Positions 9,377 to 19,668 of a stretch of DNA of 64,000 bases are shown here, one piece after another (the stretch's first letter is position 1; each line of letters begins with the position of its first letter). The translations under genes and the position numbers were made by a program. This stretch comes from Candidatus Latescibacterota bacterium. Its GTDB lineage: Bacteria > Latescibacterota > UBA2968 > UBA8231. Location: the NCBI GenBank assembly GCA_965206595.1, contig OZ242214.1:2816001-2880000 (forward strand), given 5' to 3'. The notes below the pieces were generated by a model. That model was given only the letters and a program-made list of their open reading frames with translations. It searched no databases and was not told where the DNA came from.

Positions 9377-9850
9377 TCACGACCTGGACGTGCCGCACAG
9401 GTTCGCCCTGAGCAGCTGTTGGTGACTTCGGTGGAAGCTTTTGTGCTTGAGCGTCGAGTAGACCTTGCCGCGGGGATTGTCGATCAGCTGCTTGTTCCTG
9501 AAGTCGCTCTGCAGGTCCCTGTCGTTCGAGTACAGCAGACGCGCACCGCTGACCTGGGCCAGGGCAATGACATGCGGATCATCCGACTTGCATGTACCCT
9601 GACTCTGGATGTGTCCGGTTCTGGTGTCGACTTCATCCTTGTTCACGATCCTCAGCTTGCCGGCTCCTACCGCGACACTTGCCCATTTCCTGAAACCTGC
9701 CGAACCACTTTCAAGCTCCTCGAGCAGCTTCCCACCGGCGACCAGAAGTCCGGTACCTTCGTTCAGCCATTCGTAAAACTTTTCCCCGGTGGGCTGGGGA
9801 CTATACCCGAATACTTCGGGGGCGACGTTTGCGTCTACGATAGCACACAT
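9377..9850 (-). CDS. PIN-like protein
   Basis: AIVDANV, SDDPHVIALA, LLYSNDRDL acidic motifs. Confidence 0.72.
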   Translation of the reverse strand: MCAIVDANVAPEVFGYSPQPTGEKFYEWLNEGTGLLVAGGKLLEELESGSAGFRKWASVAVGAGKLRIVNKDEVDTRTGHIQSQGTCKSDDPHVIALAQVSGARLLYSNDRDLQSDFRNKQLIDNPRGKVYSTLKHKSFHRSHQQLLRANLCGTSRS

Positions 9851-9866
9851 TCTTCAGATCCCACAT

Positions 9867-11246
9867 TTACCTCTTCCAAAGGGACCTTGAAACCTCTTCC
9901 AGGAAGAATCTTCGGTAGCTATTGGGTGCGTCCAGGATATTTCCTTCTTGATCCACTCCCAGAGAATGAATGCGCACGTCCAGGTCGCCGCGTTCGAAGA
10001 ACAGGATGGAGACCTCCTCCGGATTCAAGGGAGTTGCGCCGTCGCGGACGTCCATCCGCACCCGGTCGAGAAGGTGATCGCTGTGCGTCTCGACGACTAA
10101 TTGCCGGTTCTGGGAAGCGACCTGACAGAACAGGCTCCCGAGAGCCGCCTGGGCACTGGGGTGGAGATGCACTTCCGGCTGCTGCAACAGGAACATTGAA
10201 GGTGCATCCGGGCGCAGCAGTTCCGTGATAACCGGCAGCACCTGACTTACCCCGTACCCCACGTCGATCAAATTACGCTGCGGACCTTTCGCCGTTTTTC
10301 CATACTTCGTTATTCCATACTTCCTGATATGCATTTGGAAAGGCCCGCTTTCATTGCTTCTGAGGGGCTTGACCGAAATCTCGTCGAAGAGACCGGCTGT
10401 TTTCCCAAACCTTTCCAGTTCACCCTTTAGGGCCTTCCATTCTTTACCCTCGGAATACACGCTGGCGAGATACATGGGAATGTAATCACCTTCGGGGTCG
10501 CGTATGGTACGAGAGGGATCATAGGTACGACGTGGCTTGGAGCGGACAGGAGCGCTGGCGTAAGGCCGTTGTCTGTAATTCCCAAAATACCCACTTCTAA
10601 AATTATCACCGAGTTGATGAATCAATTCCCAATCTCTACCTGTAGGCGACTCGGAACTTTGTGCTATTGGCTCTACTACTCTTTCTAGCATCAATCGAAG
10701 GTCTATTTGGAAGAAAAAAGGCAAATCCGGACGGTCGCCGACATTCGTTTGACCAGCTAAGGAACGAAAAGTATCGGGAGTTCTCCAAGCGCCACGCGGC
10801 GTCCCGAAGCTGATCTGCCAAAACGAGTCCTGGAAACGGCTTTCAATCCAAACCTCCTCGTGAGAGTGCCACACTCTTACCGGGACCGGCACCGTCCCTC
10901 TTTTTTTAAAAGTCACCTCGAAATGATGGGGTTGGCCGTTGCCCCCGGCGTGTAGTGCCTTCCCCCGGGCTGCTCTTGGGGCAACCACAAATCCCGCCTG
11001 GAAGCTCTCCTCCCGGCCGGCACTTCCTCCCCGGTGGTGGGCGATCTCGTCAAAACTCCCGAGGTCGTACGGGTCTTCCTTGAAATCCTCCAATCCAAAA
11101 CGGGATACATCCCACAGAGCCCGGATCATCGCCATGAACGAAGTCTTCCCCGTGCTGTTCTCGCCGACGAGCAGCGTCAGCGGGGCAAGCCGGGCGGTCT
11201 GCTCTTCACGGAAGCAGCGGAAGTTTTTCAGCGTTATCTGATCCAT
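9867..11246 (-). CDS. ABC/SMC-like ATPase (AAA_21/DUF3696-like)
   Basis: ITLKNFRCF, GENSTGKTS, DVGYGVSQVLP signature, QQPEVHLHP, VETHSDHL. Confidence 0.85.
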   Translation of the reverse strand: MDQITLKNFRCFREEQTARLAPLTLLVGENSTGKTSFMAMIRALWDVSRFGLEDFKEDPYDLGSFDEIAHHRGGSAGREESFQAGFVVAPRAARGKALHAGGNGQPHHFEVTFKKRGTVPVPVRVWHSHEEVWIESRFQDSFWQISFGTPRGAWRTPDTFRSLAGQTNVGDRPDLPFFFQIDLRLMLERVVEPIAQSSESPTGRDWELIHQLGDNFRSGYFGNYRQRPYASAPVRSKPRRTYDPSRTIRDPEGDYIPMYLASVYSEGKEWKALKGELERFGKTAGLFDEISVKPLRSNESGPFQMHIRKYGITKYGKTAKGPQRNLIDVGYGVSQVLPVITELLRPDAPSMFLLQQPEVHLHPSAQAALGSLFCQVASQNRQLVVETHSDHLLDRVRMDVRDGATPLNPEEVSILFFERGDLDVRIHSLGVDQEGNILDAPNSYRRFFLEEVSRSLWKR

Positions 11247-11409
11247 GGGATATTACCTCTCTTCAGCACCCGGGAGCCTCCACCAACACGGCGTAGGGTG
11301 ACTTTTGTTGTGCGCTCCGCCAATCTGCCCCACGGCTCAGCGGTCCGGTTGACGGTTGAGAGGGCGTTCAACTACTCAATTATCAAAATATAGGTACAGC
11401 CATCCCGGG

Positions 11410-12348
11410 TCAGGGCTTCCAGGTCTCGGCCAGCTCCGCGTACTCGTGCGCCTGCCCGGCGATGTCGACCCCCACCTCCTGCGACCAGGCTTCGAGCAGC
11501 TGCCTGTAGATCGGCCCGGGCTTGCCGTCCCCCACGGGGCGGAAGTCGAAGCGGGTGATCGGCACCATGCAGATGGTCGTGCTCGTGAACCAGGCCTCGT
11601 CCGCGGCGCGCACGTCGTAGGGCTCGATGTCGGCCTCGATCACCGGGTTGCCGAGCTTCTCGGCCAGCTCCATGCAGGCGCCGCGGGAGACCCCGCGCAG
11701 GATGTCGTGCGGCTTGGGCGTCAGGATGCGCCCGTCCCTGACCATGAAGAAGTTGTTCCCGGTGCCCTCGGTGACGAACCCGCGCTCGTCGGTGAGCAGG
11801 GCCATGGCCCCCTCCTCCATCCGGTTAACCTGGGTCTCGGCGATCTTGTAGAAAATGCGGCTGCGGTTCTTGGCCTTGGGATCGATGTAGCGCGCCGGGA
11901 CCGACTGCTGCCGCGGGATGGCGAAGTGGGTCCCGGTGTCGAACTTGGAGGCTATGCCGCCGATGTGGCGGATCAGCGGGATGACGTTGATGGTGACGAT
12001 CGGGGTTTCCCCCTCGCGCACCAGCTCGGCGTAGAGCCCGAGGACCCCGCGCGTGACGTCGTGCATGATCTGGAAGTCGTAGCCGCCGAGGGCCTCGCGG
12101 TTCTTCTCGATGGTCGCGAAGGTCGCCTCCTCCATCTCGTCGATGGTCATGTCGAGGTCGATCTCGGCGTACTTGATCGATTCGTACAGGCGCTCGAGGT
12201 GGTGGCGCAGCCGGTAGGGCTTCCGGTTGAAGGTCCGCGTCATCTCGAACACCATGTCCCCGAACATCAGGGCGGAGTCGAATATGGAGATGCGCGCTTC
12301 GTCCTCGGGGACGTAGTCGCCGTTGAAGTAGACCAGGCGCTTGGACAT
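11410..12348 (-). CDS. Aminotransferase class IV (IlvE/Dat family)
   Basis: ISIFDSALMFGDMVFE, HHLERL, EGTGNNFF, ILRGVSR, ADEAWFTST. Confidence 0.88.
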   Translation of the reverse strand: MSKRLVYFNGDYVPEDEARISIFDSALMFGDMVFEMTRTFNRKPYRLRHHLERLYESIKYAEIDLDMTIDEMEEATFATIEKNREALGGYDFQIMHDVTRGVLGLYAELVREGETPIVTINVIPLIRHIGGIASKFDTGTHFAIPRQQSVPARYIDPKAKNRSRIFYKIAETQVNRMEEGAMALLTDERGFVTEGTGNNFFMVRDGRILTPKPHDILRGVSRGACMELAEKLGNPVIEADIEPYDVRAADEAWFTSTTICMVPITRFDFRPVGDGKPGPIYRQLLEAWSQEVGVDIAGQAHEYAELAETWKP

Positions 12349-12426
12349 CGGAAACTCCCTTTCCGGTTCTTAGGCGATGGGTGGGCAGCTGTTGGACTCC
12401 CGGCCGGCTGCCCGTTCGGCCCTCGG

Positions 12427-13788
12427 TCAGTATCCCAGCTGCCGGCCGACCTCGTCGATGCTCTCGAGCACGGCCTCGACCGAGCGCCGCACCTCGGCCT
12501 CTTCGATTGTGAACGGCGGGCTGATGGCTATGTGGTCGCCGTGGACGCCGTCGATGATGCCGGGCGCTCCCGGCATGATGAGAACCCCCTTGTCGAAGCT
12601 GGCCTTGACCACCGCGGCGGTGACCCCCTGGCCGGGATCGAACGGGGTGCGCTGCTCCTTGTCGCGCACGAGCTCGACCCCGGCCAGCAGGCCGCGGCCG
12701 CCGCGCACCTCGCCGGCGATCGGCAGGTCGAGCCCCTCTTGCAGCAGCTCGAACATCAATTCTCCCATCTCCGCGCACTGCCGCACCAGGCCGTGATCGT
12801 CGATGTACTTCTGCACCGCCAGCGCCGTGGCGCAGGAGAGCGGGTTGCCGCCGTAGGTGTGGCCGTGCACGAAGGCCCGGCTCCTGCGGTAGATGGCCTC
12901 GTAGATCTCCTCCCTCGCCATGGTCGCCGCGATTGGGGTGTAGCCGCTGCTCAGGCCCTTGCCGGTGGTCAGGATGTCCGGCACCACCCCGGGCCAGTGC
13001 TCGATGCCGAAGTCGACGCCGGTGCGGCCGAAGCCGGTGACCACCTCGTCGACGATGAGCAGGATGCCGTAGCGGTCGCAGATCTCGCGCACCCGCGGGA
13101 AGTAGTCGGAAGGCGGCGCCGCGCCGGCCGCGGAGGTCCCGAGGATCGGCTCGGCGATGAAGGCGGAGATGTTGTGCGCCCCCTCCTGCAGGATGACCCG
13201 CTCCAGCTCATCGGGGGAGCTGGCCAGGCAGTCGCGGCACTCGCCGCAGTTGTCGCAGCGGTAGGGAATCGGCGGCGCCAGGTGCGGGAAGTCCATCAGG
13301 TAGGGGCCGTAGTCGGCGCGCCAGCTGCTGCGCCCCGACATCGACATCGCCCCGACGGTGTTGCCGTGCCAGCTCTGCCAGCGGCTGATGACGCGGAACT
13401 TGCTTGGGTTGCCGGTCTCGACGTGGTACTTGCGCGCCATCTTCATCGCCGACTCGGTCGCCTCGGAGCCGCCCGAGGTGAAGAAGACGCGGCTGAGATC
13501 GCCGGGGGCGATGGCGGCGATCCTCTCGGCCAGCTCGACCTGCGGCTCGGTGAGGAACTGCGAGTAAGTAAAGCAGACCTTGCCGGCCTGCTCGCGCATG
13601 GCGTCGGCGACCTCCCGGACCCCGTGGCCGATGCTGATCACGTGCACCCCGGCACAGGCGTCGAGATAGCGCCGGCCCTCGGTGTCGACGAGGTACACCC
13701 CCTCGCCGTGGGAGACCAAAGGCCAGGACTCCTTCAGCGTCCGGTGGAAGATGCGTGCGCCCGTCTCCAGGGCTGCGGTCGTTTCCAA
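12427..13788 (-). CDS. Aminotransferase class III
   Basis: GEGVYLVDTEGRRYLD, SGGSEATE, SWHGNT, LIVDEVVTGFGRTG, GKGLSSGY, GHTYGGNP. Confidence 0.92.
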   Translation of the reverse strand: METTAALETGARIFHRTLKESWPLVSHGEGVYLVDTEGRRYLDACAGVHVISIGHGVREVADAMREQAGKVCFTYSQFLTEPQVELAERIAAIAPGDLSRVFFTSGGSEATESAMKMARKYHVETGNPSKFRVISRWQSWHGNTVGAMSMSGRSSWRADYGPYLMDFPHLAPPIPYRCDNCGECRDCLASSPDELERVILQEGAHNISAFIAEPILGTSAAGAAPPSDYFPRVREICDRYGILLIVDEVVTGFGRTGVDFGIEHWPGVVPDILTTGKGLSSGYTPIAATMAREEIYEAIYRRSRAFVHGHTYGGNPLSCATALAVQKYIDDHGLVRQCAEMGELMFELLQEGLDLPIAGEVRGGRGLLAGVELVRDKEQRTPFDPGQGVTAAVVKASFDKGVLIMPGAPGIIDGVHGDHIAISPPFTIEEAEVRRSVEAVLESIDEVGRQLGY

Positions 13789-13812
13789 GTCTCTTCCCCT
13801 TCCGATGCTGGT

Positions 13813-14625
13813 TTAATGCTGGTCCCGCCTCGGCGGGATCTCCTGTTGTTTCAGCTCGCGGATCAGCTCGACGAGGCCGTCGACTGCCGCGGCGAGGAAC
13901 TTCTCCCCCTTCTCGACGGAGGCCCGGGTGGCGTCTCCCATGACGCCGCTGGCGGTCTGCTGGCTCCAGTACGGGATCAGCCGCGCCGCCGAGCCCTCGG
14001 GGTGCCTGCCCGAAATCAGGTCGGTGCGGAAGCTCGGCGACAGCGGCGAGCGCTCGTCAACCGCTTTGCTCATGTCGACGAGCTCCGGCTTCATCGCCAG
14101 GTACAGGGAGGTCTCGTACTCGCCGGCGTGGGAGGTGCCGCCGTAGTCGGAGTCGCGGATCTTCTCACCCTCCTCCTTGATCCTGCGCACGTCCCAGTGG
14201 TTGACGGAGGCGCAGAGGATGCCGCCGCCGAACTCGACCACCGACAGCCGCGCCGCGAGGTCGAGGGGGGAGGTGTTGCTGCCGTGGCCGTTGACGACGA
14301 GGATGCGCTTGAACCCGTGGTGGGCCAGCGAGCAGCAGACGTCCTTCACATAGCGGATGAAGGTGTCCCAGCCGATGGTCAGGGTGCCGTGAAAGTCCAT
14401 GTGGTGGGGGCTGTACCCGTGGGGCACGGCCGGAACCAGCACGGCCTCCTCCGGGATGCTGGCGACCGCCCTCTCGCAGATCCCCGTGCACAGCACCACG
14501 TCGGTGTCGACCGGCAGGTGCGGCCCGTGGTCCTCGTAGGTGGCGACCGGCAGCACCGCGACCCGGTCCTGGGCGGCGGCATCCCTGATCTCGTACCAGA
14601 TCATCTCGGCGAAGCGGTATTTCAT
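13813..14625 (-). CDS. Creatininase/creatinine amidohydrolase family protein
   Basis: EDHGPHLPVDTD, SPHHMDFHGT, NGHGSN, HAGEYETS. Confidence 0.9.
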   Translation of the reverse strand: MKYRFAEMIWYEIRDAAAQDRVAVLPVATYEDHGPHLPVDTDVVLCTGICERAVASIPEEAVLVPAVPHGYSPHHMDFHGTLTIGWDTFIRYVKDVCCSLAHHGFKRILVVNGHGSNTSPLDLAARLSVVEFGGGILCASVNHWDVRRIKEEGEKIRDSDYGGTSHAGEYETSLYLAMKPELVDMSKAVDERSPLSPSFRTDLISGRHPEGSAARLIPYWSQQTASGVMGDATRASVEKGEKFLAAAVDGLVELIRELKQQEIPPRRDQH

Positions 14626-14794
14626 TTTTCAGACTCCCCTGTTGCAGGGCGCGCCGGACATCCCCCGGCGCGCCCCTTGCTCGCTGCATGCGAAACGGGA
14701 CCCGGTTTCATCCAACCGCATCACCCCGGCATTCCTTCGTCTCGCGGCGCCGCGCTTTCTCCCGGCACCCGTGCGCGAATGCGGGACTTCAGAT

Positions 14795-15958
14795 CTACTC
14801 GATGCCGAGGCCGGCGTTGATCTCCGCCTGGTACCCCTCGAGCTCGCAGCGCTCGATCTCCCGCAGGGTTACCGGGCGGCCGTGCCAGCCCGACTCGTAC
14901 ACGGCGGCGCAGATCGCCTGCGCCTTGAACCCCTCCATGCCGTCGACCTCGGGGCGGCCCTCGCTGCGCACGGCGCGGGCGAAATCCACCAGCTCGACGG
15001 CGACGGGGTGGGTCACTCCCCCGGGAAACAGCTGCTCCTCGGCCTCCTCGTCGAGACTGCCGCGGAACTCGGCGACCAGCTCCTCGTTCGACAGTTGCTC
15101 TCCCTGCCGCCCCCACAGGCCGGTCTCCCAGTCGAGGCAGCCCTCGCTGCCGTAGAGGACGCGGGCCCGGAACCCCTGCCCCGGGGCCGACCCCTGCCAC
15201 GTCCACTGGACCACCACGTCGTCCTCGAAGGAGACCAGGGCGTGCGACGAGTCCTCGACGTCGACGCGCCAGGAGCCGGCGCGCGCGGCGGCGTCGTCGT
15301 AGCGGAACGGCTCGAACTGCCGGGTCACGGCGAATACCTCGCGCGGCTGCAGGCCGAGGTGGTAGCCGAACAGGTCGGCGAAGTGGACGCCGCCGTCGAG
15401 CACCCAGCCGCCCCCGGAGTGCTGCCGGAAGCTGCGCCACCCCCACTTTCCCAGCGACTCCGACACGTCCTGCCAGTAGAAGGTGCGCGGCCTGCCGATG
15501 CGGCCGCGGCGAACGGCCCAGTGGCGCGCCCGCTCTTCGGGGGAGCGGCGGTACTGCTCGGCCACGGCGAGCAGGCTGCGGCTGCGGGTGGCCGCGTCGA
15601 GGATGCGGCGCGCCGCTCGCATCGTCACGGCAAGCGGCTTCTCGATGAGGACGGCGAGGCCGGCTTCGAGGCAGGGGACGGCGACCTCGTGGTGGGCGGA
15701 GTGCAGGGTGCAGATGTCGACCGCCTCGAGCTCCGGGCCGCTCCCCAGCAGGTACTCGAGCCGCTCGTACACGGCCGGCTGCGAGCCCTGGACCTCCGCC
15801 ACCTGGGCCGCCCGCTCCCGGGCACGGTCGGTGTCCGGGTCGCAGACGGCGACGATGTCGAGGGGGCGGCGGTCCGCCCGTCGCAGCTCTTCGAGACCGC
15901 CCACGTGAGCGCCGGACATGCCGCCGCATCCGACCAGTGCGGTTCGTACCGGTTCCAT
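14795..15958 (-). CDS. Gfo/Idh/MocA oxidoreductase
   Basis: LVGCGGMS Rossmann motif, IEKPLA, LDGGVHFAD. Confidence 0.88.
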   Translation of the reverse strand: MEPVRTALVGCGGMSGAHVGGLEELRRADRRPLDIVAVCDPDTDRARERAAQVAEVQGSQPAVYERLEYLLGSGPELEAVDICTLHSAHHEVAVPCLEAGLAVLIEKPLAVTMRAARRILDAATRSRSLLAVAEQYRRSPEERARHWAVRRGRIGRPRTFYWQDVSESLGKWGWRSFRQHSGGGWVLDGGVHFADLFGYHLGLQPREVFAVTRQFEPFRYDDAAARAGSWRVDVEDSSHALVSFEDDVVVQWTWQGSAPGQGFRARVLYGSEGCLDWETGLWGRQGEQLSNEELVAEFRGSLDEEAEEQLFPGGVTHPVAVELVDFARAVRSEGRPEVDGMEGFKAQAICAAVYESGWHGRPVTLREIERCELEGYQAEINAGLGIE

Positions 15959-15965
15959 GGCGGGG

Positions 15966-17066
15966 TTATCTCCCGGCGCGCTGATCGGCGATCCAGGTCA
16001 TGCTCTCGCCGCGCACCAGGAAGGAGCGCTCGTCCCAGACGCCGGGGCGCTCCACCGGGATTCTCCCCTCTTCCACGGCGACGTCCAGGGGGTTGTCGCG
16101 GGTCTTCAGGGGCAGGTCGACGCGCTCGTGCATGCGCGCCGACTCGTACACCGCCATCATCACCTCGAGGGTCGCCTTGCCGACCTCGCCGGTGTTGCGG
16201 TAGGTCTCGACCTTGCCCTCGATCCAGTCGACGATGCCGTTCGCCTGGTCGGTGAAGGCGTCCCCGTAGCCGCCCCGGGCCTGCTCCTCCGGCTCGAACT
16301 CCTGCCACCCCGCGGTCTTCGCGGTCAGGTACCTCAGGCTGTTGTCCGAGACCACCATCATGCCGTCGGTCCCGTAGACCGTGGCCCCGACCATGTAGTT
16401 GCCGCTGAGCTCGTTCTCGATCACCCCGGTGGCGCCGTTCTCGTACCCGATCAGGCCGCAGCAGCGGTCCTCGACCCGGTGGCCGAAGATGTGGTGGTCG
16501 GTCTTGCGCTCCACTCCTCCCATCACCCACAGCGCCTTCGGGTCTCCGAGCAGGCAGAACTGGCAGTCGATGCCGTGGGTACCGGTGTTCATCATGCCGG
16601 CGCGCACCCCCGTCCACAGCCGCTCCGGCTCGCCGATGGCGCCGTCGGCTATGAGCCGGGCCCCCTCGTTCCAGGAGGAGTAGAAGCGGCGCTGGTGGCC
16701 GATGGCGAGCTTCACGCCGTTGCGCTCGCAGGCGATGATCATCGCCTCCCCCTCGCCGAGGGAGGTCGCCATCGGCTTCTCGCACACCACCGCCTTCGGC
16801 TTGCCTGCGGCCGCGGCGACCGTCATCCCGGCGTGCTGCGGGTCCCAGGAGCAGACGCTGACGATGTCGAGCTCCTCTTTCTCCATCATCTCGCGGTAGT
16901 CGAGGTAGGTCGATTCCACCCCGAAATCCTCGGCGTAGCTTGCCAGGGCCGCGGGGTGGGAGTCGGCGATGGCGACGATCCCGGTCCGTTCACACCGGGT
17001 CCAGCCGCGGCCGTGCTCGCGGGCGATGCGACCGCTGGCGATGACCCCTACGCGATACTTTGCCAC
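15966..17066 (-). CDS. Gfo/Idh/MocA oxidoreductase
   Basis: GTG start after AGAGGAG; VGVIASGRIA, CEKPMA, GHQRRF. Confidence 0.86.
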   Translation of the reverse strand: MAKYRVGVIASGRIAREHGRGWTRCERTGIVAIADSHPAALASYAEDFGVESTYLDYREMMEKEELDIVSVCSWDPQHAGMTVAAAAGKPKAVVCEKPMATSLGEGEAMIIACERNGVKLAIGHQRRFYSSWNEGARLIADGAIGEPERLWTGVRAGMMNTGTHGIDCQFCLLGDPKALWVMGGVERKTDHHIFGHRVEDRCCGLIGYENGATGVIENELSGNYMVGATVYGTDGMMVVSDNSLRYLTAKTAGWQEFEPEEQARGGYGDAFTDQANGIVDWIEGKVETYRNTGEVGKATLEVMMAVYESARMHERVDLPLKTRDNPLDVAVEEGRIPVERPGVWDERSFLVRGESMTWIADQRAGR

Positions 17067-17085
17067 TTCATCTCTCCTCTGTCGG

Positions 17086-18924
17086 TTAGCGCCCTCTGCC
17101 GCTGCGCAACGGGTTGTCTTTCGAGAACGGTGTTTTTCCGGTGTTGCGGACCCGCAGCCAGGACAGGTAGGGGGAGCCCCCTTCCCCGGCGCTGGCGAAG
17201 TCGCACAGGCGCACCTTGCCTCCCCCGGCCCCCTCCATGTCGACGGCGACGACCGGGTCCGAGCCATCGATTTCGGCCAGTTCCGGATCGGCCTCTTCCG
17301 CATCGAGCTCGGGCAGCTCGGCCGGGTCGAGGCTGTTTAGGCGGCGGTCCCAGGTCAGAAGGACCGGGCCCCGGTACAGGGAGGTCTTGCCCCGGCACTG
17401 TTTCTCGCCGCGCCAGAAATGAAGGGAGAAGTCGAGGTCGAGTTCTACCCGGTCCCCCCGCCGCCAGGTGCGGCGGACCTCGGCGTAGGAGCCGGCTTCG
17501 GCGGCAACCGGCTCGCCGTTGACGCGCAGGGAGGTCTGCCTCGACCAGTGGGGGATGCGCAGCTTGAGGGCGAACTCGGCCTTCCTGGCCGGACTGACCC
17601 GCAGCCGTACCGAGCCCAGGCGCGGATACTCCGTCTCCTGTTTCAGCTCGACCGAGGTGCCGCCGGCCCGCACCGTCATCGACCCGGGGCCGTACCAGTT
17701 GAGGATCAGCCCTGTTCGCTCCCTCATCAGCGCCCAGTCGCCGATCATGCCCAGCGCCCGCGGGCCGTTGACGCTGCAGCAGTTGAGCTCCGGGCTGCCG
17801 GCGCGCGCCTGGAAGACGATGTCGTGGGCGCTGGCGTTGCGCACCCCGTCCATCGGGGTGTTGTAGGTCACCCAGCGGCCGGAGCGGGAGTGCAGGCCGA
17901 AGCCGGAGTTCAGCGTCGCCAGCTCGATCTCGTCGGCGACGACGGAGCTGCCGGTCAGGCGCAGCATCTCGACGCTCATCGCCACCCAGGCGACGGTGCA
18001 GCAGGTCTCGATGGCGGCCCGGTGGTAGGGGTTGCCCTGCGCCTTCTCCCCCGAGGTGAAGCCGCCGTTGTTGTGGCGGTCGAGCTTGACGATGCTCCAC
18101 CAGATGTGCTCGAAGGCGGTGCGGTAATCCTCCTCACCGGTGAGCCAGTAGAGCTCGGCCATCCCCATGATCGGGTGCAGGCTCTCCCAGCGCGGCTTCG
18201 GGGTGGCGTAGAACTCCTCGCCGGCCAGGGCGGTGCGCAGGTAGTCTCCGGCGGGGCCGTCCGGCCCGCGGGCGCCGAACTCCCCGGCGATCTGCAGGGC
18301 CATGTCGAGATAGCGCTGCTCCGCGACCTTGCGGTAGAGGAGGCAGAGGGAGTGGATGACGGCGAGGTTCATCTCGCTGCTGCCGGTGTCGACGAGGCGC
18401 CTGCCGCGCCCTTTGCGGCCGAGGAACTTCTTGCAGACCAGGTCGCCGATGTCCCGGGCGCACTCGAGGGCCTGGCCGCTGCCGCTCTCCTCGTGCCAGA
18501 GCAGCAGCCCGAGCATGGCGTGGTAGTGCCCCCAGGCGTCCCACGTCCTCATGCCGCGGCGGTTCGGGGCCTTTCCGGTCAGACGACAGGCGCGCGGCCA
18601 GGGGCCGAGGTACCCGTCCTCCGCCTGCAGCGAAGCGAGCTCGGAGGCGAAGCGCCCGAGATGGCGGCGCAGGTCACTCTCCCCGGTGAGCCGCAGGATC
18701 TGCACCGAGCTGGTCAGGTATTTTCCCGCGAACTCCCCGGCCCAGGGGACCATGTCGCGCAGCGGGTAACGGTCGCGGTCGCGGAACATGTCGAGCATCG
18801 CCGGGTTGGCGGCGGGCGCCGGCTTCACCCACTGCTCGGTGACGTTGGCGAGGTACTCGGCGGTGAATCCCTCGAGGCGGCAGGCGGCCCGGGCGGGGCG
18901 GGTGCAGGCGGGTGTGACGGACAT
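17086..18924 (-). CDS. GH127/DUF1680-like glycoside hydrolase (beta-L-arabinofuranosidase-like)
   Basis: WAGEFAGKYL, DGYLGPW, GGFTSGE, ETCC, NCCSVNG, LRIPHW, YRGPV; start placed at ATG 18924. Confidence 0.82.
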   Translation of the reverse strand: MSVTPACTRPARAACRLEGFTAEYLANVTEQWVKPAPAANPAMLDMFRDRDRYPLRDMVPWAGEFAGKYLTSSVQILRLTGESDLRRHLGRFASELASLQAEDGYLGPWPRACRLTGKAPNRRGMRTWDAWGHYHAMLGLLLWHEESGSGQALECARDIGDLVCKKFLGRKGRGRRLVDTGSSEMNLAVIHSLCLLYRKVAEQRYLDMALQIAGEFGARGPDGPAGDYLRTALAGEEFYATPKPRWESLHPIMGMAELYWLTGEEDYRTAFEHIWWSIVKLDRHNNGGFTSGEKAQGNPYHRAAIETCCTVAWVAMSVEMLRLTGSSVVADEIELATLNSGFGLHSRSGRWVTYNTPMDGVRNASAHDIVFQARAGSPELNCCSVNGPRALGMIGDWALMRERTGLILNWYGPGSMTVRAGGTSVELKQETEYPRLGSVRLRVSPARKAEFALKLRIPHWSRQTSLRVNGEPVAAEAGSYAEVRRTWRRGDRVELDLDFSLHFWRGEKQCRGKTSLYRGPVLLTWDRRLNSLDPAELPELDAEEADPELAEIDGSDPVVAVDMEGAGGGKVRLCDFASAGEGGSPYLSWLRVRNTGKTPFSKDNPLRSGRGR

Positions 18925-19204
18925 GCGGTATTCCTGTGGTTGGTGGGGCTGATGCGGCGAAACCGCTGCCGGCCGTGAAAGTCGCACCGGTGGCGTCGCG
19001 GAAGCAACCGAGGCGGGAGCGAGACGCCCGAGCGAGGTGCAAGCAGAAAAAGATAAGGCGGCCCGGGGCACAGGAGAGCAGGAGGGCAGCCGCACCCCGG
19101 AGGGAGGAAGCCGGGGTGCCAAGCTGTGAAGCAACTACCCGGCGGGAGGTACTTTGGCGGGAAGGGAACCTCCGGACTGGTCAGCTCGCTGCCCGGTAGC
19201 GCGG

Positions 19205-19627
19205 TCAGCCCGTTTCTTCGATACCGTCCTGAAAGTCGATCTCCGGGCTCAAATACCGCTTGCCCGCGGCAATGCTTTGGATCGCCGGAACCAGGTCACG
19301 AACTATCGAATCCTTGACCACGTACCCCGAAGCCCCCGCATCGAGCATCCCCCGGACGTAGACGCTTTCGCTGTAAAGGGACAGGGCCACCACCCGCACC
19401 CCGGGAAGTTCGGCGCGGATCTGCCGGGTGGCGGCAACCCCGCCGCCCCCCGGCATGCTGATGTCCATGACGACGACGACGGGTTGCAGCAGGCGCGCCT
19501 GTTCCAGAGCGGATTCCCCGTCGACCGCCTCCCCCACAACCTCCATGCCGTCCTGCCCGGCAAGGAACTTCCTCACCTCTCCTCGCAGCATTTCATGGTC
19601 GTCTGCCAGTACTACTCTGATGGTCAT
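19205..19627 (-). CDS. Receiver-only response regulator (NarL-type REC, no HTH)
   Basis: VVLADDH, VMDISMP, GASGYVVK; stops just after YLSPEI. Confidence 0.82.
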   Translation of the reverse strand: MTIRVVLADDHEMLRGEVRKFLAGQDGMEVVGEAVDGESALEQARLLQPVVVVMDISMPGGGGVAATRQIRAELPGVRVVALSLYSESVYVRGMLDAGASGYVVKDSIVRDLVPAIQSIAAGKRYLSPEIDFQDGIEETG

Positions 19628-19668
19628 GATTCGGTCACTCCTTCGCCGCGTTGCGCGGGGTGCGCGCG

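Noticed and set aside
11356-14820. 1154-aa plus-strand ORF, and similar long ORFs such as 14540..16255, 35776..38184 and 31833..34259
   Set aside because: Antisense shadows of well-supported minus-strand genes in high-GC DNA; no recognisable motifs.
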